A stretch of DNA of 64,000 nt. Source: Botryllus schlosseri. Lineage: Eukaryota. This document shows positions 13,350 through 25,648 of the stretch, piece after piece. The position numbers and the translations under genes are program-made. The notes beneath the pieces are model-generated. The model was not told where the DNA came from, did not search any database, and saw nothing but the letters and a program-made list of their open reading frames with translations. Position 1 is the first letter of the stretch. Each line of letters opens with the position of its first letter. Location of the stretch: positions 21,764,001-21,828,000 of the forward strand of contig CM119371.1 in assembly GCA_051294905.1 (NCBI GenBank), read 5' to 3'.

Positions 13350-13766
13350 CAGGGATGGTGTGAACGCGAGGTTCACGTTTGCGTTCTGTGTGTGAGCCTC
13401 AGAGATTTAGAGGTCCGCGTTCACATTTGAACCTTAGTAGGTTCTGTACTGTGTACCTTTTTCATACATTACAATTTTCACTTCATTATAACATAGCTTT
13501 GATTTAAATGTATTACATTTCAACTGCGGGCCAATATATGCGTGGTGCTGGCAGCATAAAAAATCAACACTGAGCAAGCATGCACCTTGACAATCTCACA
13601 AATTTTACTTAATAAAACAAAATTGTACATTGTACATTGTACAATTGTACAAAATTGTAACATATGAAAAAGATATACAGTGCAGACAGGTGCGAACGTG
13701 AACCTCTAAATTTCTGTGGTTCACACACAGAACGGAAACGTGAACCTCACGTTCACACCATCCCCG
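13350..13766. mobile_element. MITE with ~80-bp TIRs nested in a hAT MITE starting at 13289
   Basis: CAGGGATGGTGTGAACGCGAGGTTCACGTTT... vs ...AAACGTGAACCTCACGTTCACACCATCCCCG. The host's 5' end matches the family at 49830. Confidence 0.7.
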
Positions 13767-14943
13767 CGCCCCCGATACCAATACACTTAGTGCAAAACAT
13801 CAGTCCGTTGATTTTTCATCATATAGTGATATAGTCGTCACGCTTTGATGTCGTTTTCTCTATCAGTGTCGGCGGCATATTTAAACATATCTTTCTATGT
13901 GTATTAAGTAAATACATGTTCCTTATTCCTCTTAGTCCTTTACTTGCCGTGTTACTGACGTGCGATACCGAGTAGCATCAGGCAAAAATTAGCAATCGGA
14001 TGTTATTGTTTCGTGAAATAATGAAATTCTGTACTGGTGAAGACTTGATTAAAAGTCTCTTTTACATTGCGGATACTGCGCTATAGGCTGCTGTGTGGCA
14101 GGCAACTTGCTATCGACATGTCCAGGTCCTGGTCCATGTCCATTCGTAAGTGCAATAAAGTTGGCCTTCCACGTCATAAATTCATGATTTTCGCATTCAT
14201 CAATTCGCAAGATTTCCGTCCCATGGTTTCATCTTTGTGGTCAATAAATTGTATGAGTCCCGTATTCATCTTTATATATCTGTCATAGGTCTGGAGTCCT
14301 AACATTTTTAGCGTGAAAACCTTATTTGTGGTAATCATGGTCTTTTTCGACTAATTCACAAATGCTAATGTTACTGGAAAATGATCACATTTCACAAGCA
14401 AGGCTGAGTAGTCAGGGTCCCAGATTCGTTAAACAGTCTCCAGTTCAATTCGATTTCGACGTCACGAAAACACGCACTAGCTGGAGTCGGACTCGGGGTT
14501 TGTTAAAATGCAACCAACTATTATAAAACTGAACCAATTTATCCCAAATATTACTAGAAAGTGTCATTGCAATAGCAAGTTTTCGCATATAGTTGTCACG
14601 CAAAAACTCAAATTCAGAAACTTTTATCATTTCTGCGGTCATAGTTTTTATTATTTCCGGGAAACATACATGTTTTAAAATGGGGAGCATATATAATTTC
14701 ACGAGTCGATTTGCGGGAGTTATGCCAGGGAAATACTGGAAGTTGTAGTCGGTTTGTCAAGCGAACCGCAAGACATGTCAAATTAACCGTATACAATGCG
14801 CAACACGAACCTCAGAATTACCTTGGTTCTCATATCAAGCGCGAACGTCAACGAAAAAGTCACTCCAAGTCACATCGTACTTGTGATGAGTGTGAGAAAT
14901 GAAAAACCATGCATATAAGCGACTGTTTGTGACATCTTGTAAG

Positions 14944-15137
14944 CAATGTTCCCTCTAATTTTTGACGATTTTGCGCACACTCACCAGCTTACTGCGCAGA
15001 CCCTTGGACAACAGTGAGTAACGACTAAAAAAAAGGCCATCACTTCGGATTTTTTGTGCGCAACTTAGATTTTCTGTGCGCAGAGACCGTGTCAGTACTG
15101 CGCATTTGCGCACGTGCGCAGCTTAGAGGGAACATTG
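14944..15137 (+). mobile_element. 194-bp hAT MITE
   Basis: TIR CAATGTTCCCTCTAA...TTAGAGGGAACATTG; perfect TSD CTTGTAAG. Related copies are nested at ~30290-30475 and ~47259-47443. Confidence 0.85.
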
Positions 15138-15929
15138 CTTGTAAGAATACCCTATTTTAAAAGTATTTGTTCGTAAAACCACTGGCCCTGACGATAAAGC
15201 AATAAATTGGACATTGATGACCTTTTTTATATATTGATATTCAACGCCGCTAAAATATGGTGAAAGCTGGTATTTCGGGAGCCGAGTCGGGAATATGACC
15301 TTTTTTAGTCAACACAGCTCTATTGCTCAAAACATTTCCAAACCATTAGTTTTCTTTCCCGGTAAAAGAGCTTTCAGAATATTTGTAATGCCTTTTAAAG
15401 TTTGTTGATTAGTCAACGGGTATAAGTGGTACCATATGTCCCCTATTAGGAAATGTTTTCCTCTTTTTCTGAGAAATGTGAATGGTCCTCGGAAGATTCC
15501 CAAACTGTCTCTTTTTTCGTATTTCGCCATTGCTTATATTTTCCTCGAGACTTTTAGCCGAGGCGTTGTAGTTATTTTACAAACAAATTACTGTTGTCAT
15601 GAAAAATCCTAAATTTCTAGTTTAAAAATAGTTTCCCATCCGATTGCGCGACCAGTTGTAGCTTCTTGATTGATACTGTCAGCATTGTTCGGCGTTCTCT
15701 GTAACTACTTGGCCTGAATATATTTGTGGTAAAGACTTTTTGCAGAATTTTTGGTATAGCCGGTTATATTTTATGTTGTAAGCCGTAATTCTAATCATGT
15801 CTCTTGGCTACATCAAATTTGACACAATTTACATAGAAAGTGATAACAGTATCACTAGTCAACCGCTTTATTGTTTTGCAGGATTCCTCATACGTCTGAG
15901 ATTCGGGAAGCAGCTTCTTTACGACTAGA

Positions 15930-16802
15930 ATGTTATTGTCTATTCTATTTTGGCTAATTGATGTCGGCACTGATGTTTATGTGAACTTATTCTATTGGCG
16001 GAAACAGGACGACTTTCAAAGGGGGCCGCTACTGGCAATATTCGCTAACATCAGTTTATGCATCGGTGTAATAGTAACCTTAGTGACACTATACCTCATG
16101 ACAAAGGTCGATGACTCCAATGAAAAGAATAAGAAACTGACCACTGGAAGAAAGTATGAAATGTTTGTGGAATCACTTCCACAGTTATGCATAAGTCTCT
16201 TCGCCCTGTACGTGGGATTTGAAGGAAGACAACAAGGGGCTCTGTTCGTCTCAGCTGCCTTCTCGTTCGTTTCAGTGATTGCGGTTGTTCTAAGTCTTAA
16301 ATCTCCATTTGGAGAGAGATTTGAGCCGCACTCAAAAGTAGCAAAATTGCTAAAGATGCTTTGGATGACGTACGCATTAGCAGGACGAATAACTACATTA
16401 TTTTTCCTTGCGATACAGCCTGGACCTGATTTTATTTTGTTTTTCCTCGGTCGAATGATTCTTGGGGTGGTTGTACTAAATCGAGTTGGAGGATGCTGTA
16501 GTAATAGTGTAAAGATATGGAGACAACCCGGTATTGCTGTACTTTCCGTTTTCTTCTACGTGGAAGATAAAGACCTGAAACGTTCTGCACGATTTTTTGC
16601 TTATTATACGACAGAAAATGTGATTTTGGTGATATGTTCAACCTTTATTGGGCAGGAGGAACCCCAACTGATTTTTTTTGCCGTCACCATGACATTACAC
16701 ATATTCGCCACGCTTACATTCATTATATACTATGTGGTCGAGAAACCCCATCGTGTTATTGAGACTCAGAATGATGCTTATAACCTAGAAGATAGAACCT
16801 AG
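15930..16802 (+). CDS. XK-related (XKR scramblase family) multi-pass membrane protein, 290 aa, intronless CDS
   Basis: DVGTD in the first TM, EMFVESLPQL motif, conserved R (AGRI) and TENV motif, and many hydrophobic segments. Upstream in-frame stop; a plausible acceptor TTTTGCAG at 15881 suggests a 5' UTR intron. Confidence 0.85.
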   Translation: MLLSILFWLIDVGTDVYVNLFYWRKQDDFQRGPLLAIFANISLCIGVIVTLVTLYLMTKVDDSNEKNKKLTTGRKYEMFVESLPQLCISLFALYVGFEGRQQGALFVSAAFSFVSVIAVVLSLKSPFGERFEPHSKVAKLLKMLWMTYALAGRITTLFFLAIQPGPDFILFFLGRMILGVVVLNRVGGCCSNSVKIWRQPGIAVLSVFFYVEDKDLKRSARFFAYYTTENVILVICSTFIGQEEPQLIFFAVTMTLHIFATLTFIIYYVVEKPHRVIETQNDAYNLEDRT

Positions 16803-18472
16803 ACCACATCTGCAACACAGATCATTATAGTTAACCACTTTCACCAATCAAACTTCAGTGAAAAATTCAATTATCTCCTTGAATATATTGTTCGTGGCAT
16901 ACTAAACTAATTCCCATCGCCATAGCCTATATAGATTGAATCTTGCTTTATTAAATACAAAATAACATAAAGTACTTTAAGTCTTTTCATTGTAGTCATA
17001 TATGAAGTATGACAATTTAAAATGTATGCACCATGTTCTTAGTATCGCTAGTTTGACTGAGCCATTTATGGATCTATTATGAAATCTTAAATTATTTCAT
17101 GCTTGATACTTGGAACTTGAATTTGTAAATTAGCCGTGTATATCCCCACCATCCAATATGATTTGCCAATAAATGCAATTGTCGAATGCTAATTCTGTGA
17201 TGGAAACAAGTCAGATTTCCTGATATTGTCAGGTCTACCGCGCCCCGAAACTGGCCCTTGTACAAGGTAAGCGTATAAACTTTATTCGTGATAATTTGCA
17301 ATTTATACATATTAAAAAGCGATGTCGTGAATGTTTTATACATGTTCCCAAGTTCTTTACATAGGAAATGATGAAGTGAATAAGTATATTGAATTATATT
17401 ATTAAAATATTTCTTGTCAATGGCATAAAAGCAATTTTATCTGTATTCGATTTTCTGATGACTTTACCCGTACGAATGCAATGTAAATAATATTCCTGTT
17501 ATTATTTTAAATGGATAACTGTTGAAGATCACATCATGAAGAATAAATCTGAGTTACATTAAAATTGTGTACTCGCGCTTAGAGGGATCTAAAAATCAGT
17601 TTTTCGCCCCCTGTCTTGAAAGTCTTGACGGTGAAACTGCTGGTAATGAGAACATGCGACTGCGAATAACCAGAGCTGTATTCTTCGCATCAGTCGTGAC
17701 GGGGCGCAATGAGAAGATCAGTGGTTCTTTACTGGCGACACCTGGTTATTTAAAACATATATTATAACCTAGGTTTGGATTTTCTAAGCTCGGGTTAGTT
17801 GTCACGTAGCACCTTTCTACCCAATTACAATGAACAAGTCGTGATTCCCAAGACAATACAAAACAACATCAAATGAAAGTTGAAAATGGTTTGAAGGCCC
17901 ATAAGTGAGTGGTTAAATGGTAGTTCTTATCGAAGAGTAGAATAATTTCAGCAGTGTCTCGATAGTGGCTAGTGTAGTGATATAGTGATCATCCAACCAT
18001 GAATGTATCACATCCTTAGAGTAATATGCTTCTAGTATAGAGCCCTGATTGGAGGGAATCAGCTAGACTCTTTTGGGTCTGAGATATATGCGTATGTCTT
18101 GTGTAATATTTGCGTCTCAAGAAGATCTGGCCAGAATACAGGATTCCAGGTTAATTAATCAGGCAGCTACACCCCAATACTTTGGTTAGCCATACTTGTA
18201 CTCGTAGGAACCTAATACCACCGCATGGCGCCCGGAGTGAGGCATCATGTCTATGCGACGCAAAGGTCATTGATCCGAATGACCCAGACCAACACATTGT
18301 TTTCGCCGACGGCAAACCAAACATGAGACAGATCGTCAACTTTTGGCAGAAATAAGTCATTCATGGTGCACTGATTCGATAACAGCACAGCGTATATTGG
18401 TTCAAAATTCACAGACAATCAATCGACCTTACATTACATTCATATTATAGAATTCTTCTTCTTAGAGTAGAC

Positions 18473-19380
18473 CAGAGGTCTCAAACACGAGGTCGGCAAG
18501 GACATTTTGTGCGGCCCGCGAAAGCATTTTGTAAATTCAAGCATTCGACAAAATATTCAAGTGTCATTTTTTTAGATTTAAGAACTTGAAGTTCACTCTA
18601 AAACTACTTCAAACAACTGAAATCTAAACAAACTTAACCATCACATCACTTCTAAAATAGGCCTATATGCTGTGGAATATTCTCTGGACCAATTTATTCA
18701 ACTGGAAATATTATTCGCGCCACGAACGATTTTATGTGAATGAGTTTTTTGATTTTATACCACCAGAAATAGTGTTGAAAATGGACAGGCGGCACGGGGA
18801 ATCTTATTGAAAGCGCAAAGGGTACGATCGCTAAAACAGTTGAGAAATAATGCTATTACAATGGAACAATATTGATTACATTTAAGTTGTTATTGATCTG
18901 TTCCAAAATATTATTCGAAGAAAATCTACTTATCACGACTATATCAGAAACGCCGACTAGGCTACACTGCCCACATGCTCTGATATCAGATCAATCTTTA
19001 GTAAATTCTAAAATAGTGTACATAAAATTGAGACACGTCAAGGGTAGGCCTACCCTAGCTGCAATATTATAACCCGACAGTTTTTACGATGTCACCATGC
19101 GTCCTGTCGCATGATATCAATAACTCTATATTTCAACAAGTAATGCCTGCACAAAAACTCTGAAAATGTGATTTTTTCGTGCCTATCGTGAATAGTATAA
19201 TAGTAAATGACATTTTCACGATGTTTGTGGAATGCCTGTCTACAAGGTGCTGGCGTCAAATAAGGCCTTCTTGCATATTACGCCTATACATTCACAATCC
19301 CTGTTATTGATGCTGCGGCACGCGGCGTCATCAAAAATTAGGAATTTGGCCCGTGAGCGCATTTGAGTTTGAGACCTGTG
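18473..19380 (+). mobile_element. hAT MITE (CAGAGGTCTCAAAC family)
   Basis: TIR CAGAGGTCTCAAAC...GTTTGAGACCTGTG; TSD GAGTAGAC/GTGTAGAC. Relatives at 34359-35923 and ~6205-6342. Confidence 0.8.
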
Positions 19381-19428
19381 GTGTAGACTGTAGGGATTTA
19401 ATGTTTTCTTTCAGTTACTACTTAACGA

Positions 19429-21262
19429 CGGACTTGGACAACTAGGTAGGGGAGATGTGGTGCCGATGGATCACTGTGACCGAAAATACTTGAAAAATTC
19501 TCTATGATTATTCCCTGATTACACTGCTTGAATTTGTCTACAACTACATGCTGACAGAATCTTTCCTTACATGCGAAAAAATTCGACCTGCGTGAGTTAG
19601 GGGGTCTGTGACGAATGATTTACGTTTTAGGGGTGTAAAGTAAATTTGGATCGACATTTGCATTTTTCTATATCACCTTTAAACAACCCCGCCATAATTT
19701 TTGATGTGGAGTATAGGACTTGTATCAGGGTATATAATGGCACATATTTTTCGAATCGATACCATCCTTGAGTGGACTATTTTCAAGTCAATTACAATAT
19801 TTATGGGGTGGGGGACGTATGGTACCATAGCCAAATCAAGCAAAATAGACGAACCAACTAATCACTTAACAGCAGAAACTCGCCTATATATATATGGGCC
19901 GTAAATCATAGTTACCTGTGTTGTTTTATTGCTATTACGGGGTATTTGAAAGTCAAAATGTTGATTTGTGGGTAATATGTATGTGGCATTATTTTATGAG
20001 TTTAGGCGTGAATCAAAACATGATTTTATGCCAACATTTGAGTTGATATAATCTATTTTATTCTTGAAGGTGGCGACGAAACATTCTTTATTGGCTTGCT
20101 GTATCTTAGCTTATAGTACACAACAAAACAAGTTACCAAATTTGAGATTTTGAGCGTATGTCTCATAGGTCCCATGGTCGTGTGCCCTTGGGCCCACCGG
20201 GTGGGGACCGATGACACGTTCGAGCAACAAATTTTAAACGTTCATAATATAAATATTTTTCGAAAAGGCGGATATTCATGTAAATGTCCGCGATAGGTAG
20301 ACCTTGTATCGAAGTGTTGTGACAGCAAAAGATCTGCTATCATCAGCTGAAGATTTGAGGGCCAGAGATCATTTTGCAATTTTTGATCCATCGGTACCAC
20401 ATCTCCCCTACTTCTAGTTGTCTAATTTCAATAAATTAGAGCTAAATGCCAGTAATCTGATTCAAATCCAATTTGCGAAATGTTTCCATGCTCCAATTCT
20501 AATTCTAATATTATTTGGAAATGTTCCAATGCGCTAACTATAATTCTGATCTAATTTGTTAAATGTTTTTATACCTTAATATTAGTTCTTATCGTACATA
20601 CTGTTTTCCTGAAAATGCTTCTCTGCCCACGGCATTTTGCAATGAGGTAACAGCTTGTAGTTTGCAAACAGCATTCTAGTTTCGAACACAACAGCGACGA
20701 ATTGCAACGAAGAAAAAGAGATATAGTTAACACACGCTTGTTCACGTTCGTGCTCTCAACTACATCAAAACAAAAGCCTGATTGTTTCAGATCTAATCAA
20801 AGAAAATATATTAGAAAATGAAGTGGAAGGATATTTCGCAGCAGAGCGTGAGAGCATGTACTGTGTGTGATGTTTTGAGTTACTGGAAAAGAGGAAATCA
20901 TTTTGCTAATTTAAGGGGCAGTGTTATGTAGCACAAAACGACCAAGGCTTGGCGTATACCGACTTCACCCATTCTGATGGTTACGGAAATTCACTGTGAT
21001 TAAATATGAACTGATTTTTGCTGTAATAATTTCCCATTCACAATTTCATTCAATTTCCAAGTTTTAGCGGACTTAGTAATTCTAATTCAAATCTAATTTG
21101 GAAAAAATAAATAACTCTAATCCTAATTCTAGTCTAATTTGGGAAAAGCTGTGTCGCTTTAATTCTAATTCTAGTCTAATTTGAAAAAAAAACTCGTTTA
21201 GCTCTAATTCTAATTATAATCTAATTCGGAAGACTTGAAAATGTTCTAGTTGTCCAAGTCTG
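19429..21262. mobile_element. MITE with (C/A)GACTTGGACAACTAG termini and AATTCT-rich internal repeats
   Basis: Inverted termini at 19429 and 21262; related end at ~37215. TSD not clean. Confidence 0.55.
19449..20408. mobile_element. Tc1/mariner-pogo-like non-autonomous element
   Basis: 25-bp TIR GGGGAGATGTGGT(G/A)CCGATGGATCA flanked by TA on both sides. Superfamily inferred from the TA flanks only. Confidence 0.7.
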
Positions 21263-21345
21263 GAACGAAGTAAACAACGCTTTTAACAACTTAAATGCTG
21301 TGAGGCGCAGTCTCTGTTCATTTGATTTGGAATTACCGTATAACC

Positions 21346-22537
21346 CAGTGGTTCTGAACCTTCTTGACCTCGCGGCACCCTTTGGAAATGAGAAATAGTT
21401 CGCGGCACACCATCAGAGTGGCTCGAAACTTTTTTTGGCTTACGGCAACTGCAAACTACCAGAATACTGCACCCAGTAGCAACGCCGACTAATGTGACCA
21501 CCACCGCATTCAATCCAAAATGTTTCTGGACTTCCATACTTTTGAAATAAACTTCTCCATTTTAATAATTCTAAAAGTAAACTTTTGTACGTGAAGCGTC
21601 CCTTATGTAACTTACTAAGCCGTGATGCAAAGTTTCGTGTTACTCGGGCCGGAATATCGTTCCTTCGTGATTACAACAAACAGGGCGTATTCAGTAAAAG
21701 CGGTGATTTTGATATATAACACTTCGCATAAACTTCAAGCTGCACTTAGATGCGAGTGCATAAAATTTGTTTGACAATAAATCTGCCCAGTGCTGCATTG
21801 GGTCGAAGAGGTCAAGCACGATTGCCGCTAAGGAATACGGATGCGTAGAGGTTTAGGCTATACCAGGCTATAAAATGCATTTTAAGCAGATCGTGTGGCA
21901 TGCGTGAGGATAGCCACACCTCAATAGCTCTACTGGCGGGCCACCAGCAGTTCAATTATACTTCCAACAAAAAAAGAATATAACCTCAGCGGCGGAGAGG
22001 TTTCTTAACTGATATAATTTGATCAATCTTACTTCTCAATTCTCATATTCGTCGACACAACATTGTGCTACAGGCCTACATTTTAATGGCAGTGCCGGCA
22101 CGATACCTTACACTACAGTGACAATGTGGATTACCATGTTCGAAATTAGAATTTGTAAACGCGAACGTCAATCCCAATGGAGTTCAGTTCTCGCTGGTGA
22201 TCGGGGAGACAGTGAGATTAAAAAACTGCATTTCTTGTCATACAGACGCCATCACGTTTGCTCTTGTCTGCATGCGATCAATCAACGTATTGTGCAAAAT
22301 TAAATTAAGCCTTCTAGGCACGCGATCTGCCCGATAAATCTAATTTGAGGGGTATGTTGATTGCGGGCATATAATATGAATTTTGATTTGTTAAATGTAC
22401 AAACTTCACATCAAGCTCGATTTGGGCTAGAATTATTTTGCGCCTAATTTCAAAAATCCGACGAAATCGCTCGCGGCACACTTGCGAGACGTGAATGTCA
22501 CACTAGTGTTCCGCGGTACTCCGGTTGAGAACCATTG
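21346..22537 (+). mobile_element. hAT MITE
   Basis: TIR CAGTGGTTCTGAACC...GGTTGAGAACCATTG; perfect TSD GTATAACC. Confidence 0.85.
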
Positions 22538-24332
22538 GTATAACCCTTCCTTTACGACACGTCAAGTAATTACGCTCAATTTTGGATAGTAATTACAGGG
22601 CTTTAGAGACAATTTTCGTTGGTATTTATTTTTTTCCCTGCCGTAAGCGTGCCAAACGAAGTTCTTAAGTTCTTTTCAAAGTGATGCTGGTTGCTGTCGT
22701 ATGCTGTTTCAGATTAAGCGAAAAGGACATCGAACGGTTTCGATAATTGGGGAACAATTCTGGCATGAATTTCGGTGACGCAACCAGCGTTACCGATTCG
22801 CAATGAAACGAGATATCGAGAAAACGGTTGACGCCGACAGTCCACGACGACAGCGGCAAAAGGTTGCTGACTGTTGACCAACTGTCTACATCTGATTATC
22901 AACGTAATACCGCTGCCTACGGCAATCGGTCGACTCGACCTCGACCGACGTAAGACCGCTCTCTACAGCATCAAACGACCAAGACTAGCGTCGACAACAA
23001 AAAGCGTAGCCCCGTACGAGATGCCAGCTATGGTGCGGCGAGAGCCGAATTTCCTCGTAGTTTGTTCAACGCCACACCGACCCGAGAAGCCAAACAAATA
23101 TTACGCAGTTCACACACCCGGAAAGAAGAGCAAGACCCCATCTTAAATATGCATTGGACAGGCACAACATGCAGATGTCCCTCAGCTGTTGAGTAGCAGA
23201 TGTGCAACGCGAGACAGAAGCTACGTCGAGTATGCTCAGTCGAACTATATACTAACCGAAGTATAAGTACCGTTTTCAACTGCCACACTTGTTCATATTA
23301 GTAGTCTAAGGGTTTTTTGCTTACCACTTGAGTCGTGCATTATATACCGACACAGGAGTGTTTTGTACAATTTTAGCAGGCCACACTTGTACAATGCCAG
23401 GGCTGCTGTTTGAAGTAAGTTATCCTCTTTTGGTGGGCAGCTGTGCCACTCTTGATTACTTGAGACATCAATGGGAAATATTGTGTTACTCCTACCATTA
23501 TAAGCTAGGGTACATTTTTGTGTATTTTTTGTGTGTATTAGGCCTACCTTACTAGTGTATGTTGTGTCGTGTTATTTGGATCGGGTTGACTTGTATATTA
23601 AAAAACCATTATTATAAACCTTACACGTATAACGTGACTTACGCGAACGAAAAATATTTTCAGCCTAATTCCTTGCCCTTGTTTCGATTTTGTGTTAGCA
23701 TAGCAAGCATGTTAGCTTCGGATACGCATGTACCATGTGTAGATAAAATATATATAGGCCTACCCTGATTCTGCGCATACTGGGAACTAATCTACCTAAG
23801 ACTAGCGCGACTCGTTTTTATAAGCACATCACTGAGATAATTAAAACTGTAGTGGCCAATCTGAAATCACACTCGCGATCCGAATTATGTCCAACTCGTT
23901 TAGAATCTCTGTGATGTTTAGGAGTTGAAACCTCAAACTGCGTGGGCCTTGAGATCGAGCTATCGACTCAGAAATTGCTGATATAGGAAGTATTTAACTT
24001 GGGACAGTGGTTCTCAAACTTTTCAAGCCATCGCAGTCAGGATGCTAGCAAACCTAACGGAAAGTTTGTTGGCATGGAAGGTTACCAGTTTGGATGAGAT
24101 GTTTTTTAATATGAAATTCTGACTAAATACAGACGCACCCCCAGTTTGAGAACCACCGCCCTAGAATTATTATGGTGAAATATGCTAAGAAAAAGTTTGA
24201 TCAAGTCCTTGCATTTATTCGATTTTTAGTATGCATTTTATGAATATTTGTAATCAGTTTCTATAGACGCTCGGACCGCCCAAAACGATGTTTCAGGCCG
24301 CATGCGGCCGGGGGGCCGTAGTATGTCCACCC

Positions 24333-24407
24333 AATGGCGTAGTGGTATAATCCACAGCTGCAACACCAATGGGTTGCGAATTCGAGTCCGACCGAGCTCG
24401 ACTAAGG
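24333..24407 (+). mobile_element. tRNA-derived SINE head interrupted by a hAT MITE
   Basis: A-box-like TGGCGTAGTGG and B-box-like ATTCGAGTCC; presumably continues after 25656. Confidence 0.4.
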
Positions 24408-25648
24408 CAGTGCTATTCAACCGGGGTTGTCGTACACCCTAGGGTGTACCAGAATTTGCAAAGGGTGTACCACTCGGATGGGGTGTACAGGGGTGCACCA
24501 GATACGAATTACAATGAGCCGATGGCTAGCTATCACAAAGACAGGTTTATGGGTCAGTACAAGCTGACGCACAGGTTAATGAGCAATATGGTACGATGTT
24601 ATCTCAAGTGTAATACTGTATCCCGCTTGATTGTGATGTCATAAGCAAATATTTCTATTCATTTAGCCGTCGGCAATAGACCAATGGTTCCGTTTGGTGT
24701 TGGAAAGTATGCAGTTAACAAACATGTGTTCGGCTAGTCATTTGTCTTTAGTGATTTTTGAGGAAATCGCCGCGATAGCTCAAACTTCCTACCTGACGTT
24801 AATAAATACCGCAATGCACATAAATGAAGTGACGTAGCCAGCCAGGGTCGAAATAGCTTCCATGTTGAAATCGAAACCCTTTTGTTTTAAAATGCACCGA
24901 TTTTATGTCCAATATTCCGACATACATTTGCAATTTAGTATTTTGGTATTAGTGATGCAAATTAGCGACAATACACTGTGTATAGCGGCATACGATCTGA
25001 GTTTACTGACACCTCTTGCAGCCCATGTGCTACTATTGATTGCGTAATGGTGTGGCGCAGGCCTGATACGCAGCAGGCTGGTGCGCCTGCTATCATCGCT
25101 GATCTGAATTACCGATTCTGCAGCAGCAGCTTTCCTACTTTCTCCCCAATACTGTTACATTTAGGTTGATTATCGTTCGTAATGCCATGCTGTTTTGGGG
25201 CTGACACGAAATAAATTCCAATTTGCGTGGCGGGCGGCCTAACTGGCTGCGAATAGACTCTGTGACCAAATACTATTTTATTCATATCCAAATTTTTTGA
25301 CGGCAATAACTCCGCTTCTACTGTTTGGAATTGAACCAAAGTTGAAGAACATCGTTTTTATACACAACGTAATAATTTCATAGAGTGAACAAAAAAATTT
25401 CAAACTTTTCGTTATTTATTTTTATGTAATGAATAGAAACTTTCTTCTTCCGTAGCAATGCGGATACTGGTTGGAATTGAACCAAATTTGGTGTGTAGGC
25501 TTTTAAGTTAACCTAACAATTATATCAAGTAGCCAGTACGATTTGAGAAAAAAAAGTCATTTTTGAAGACCCCTAATGAACAGGGGTGTACGAGTTTTGA
25601 GCAAACGTTAAAAGGGTGTACCACTTCGAAAAAGGTTGAAAAGCACTG
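24408..25648 (+). mobile_element. hAT MITE
   Basis: TIR CAGTGCTATTCAACC...GGTTGAAAAGCACTG; perfect TSD GACTAAGG; GGGTGTAC subterminal motifs. Confidence 0.85.

Noticed and set aside
15420..15540. Similar TGTCCTC-rich sequence upstream of both XK genes (also ~54750-54860) as a shared promoter
   Set aside because: A related sequence also occurs at ~59990-60070, away from any XK gene, so it is more likely a degenerate dispersed repeat.
22660..23290. CpG-rich block with several overlapping short ORFs
   Set aside because: No recognisable domain or consistent exon frame. It might be regulatory, but that cannot be supported from sequence alone.
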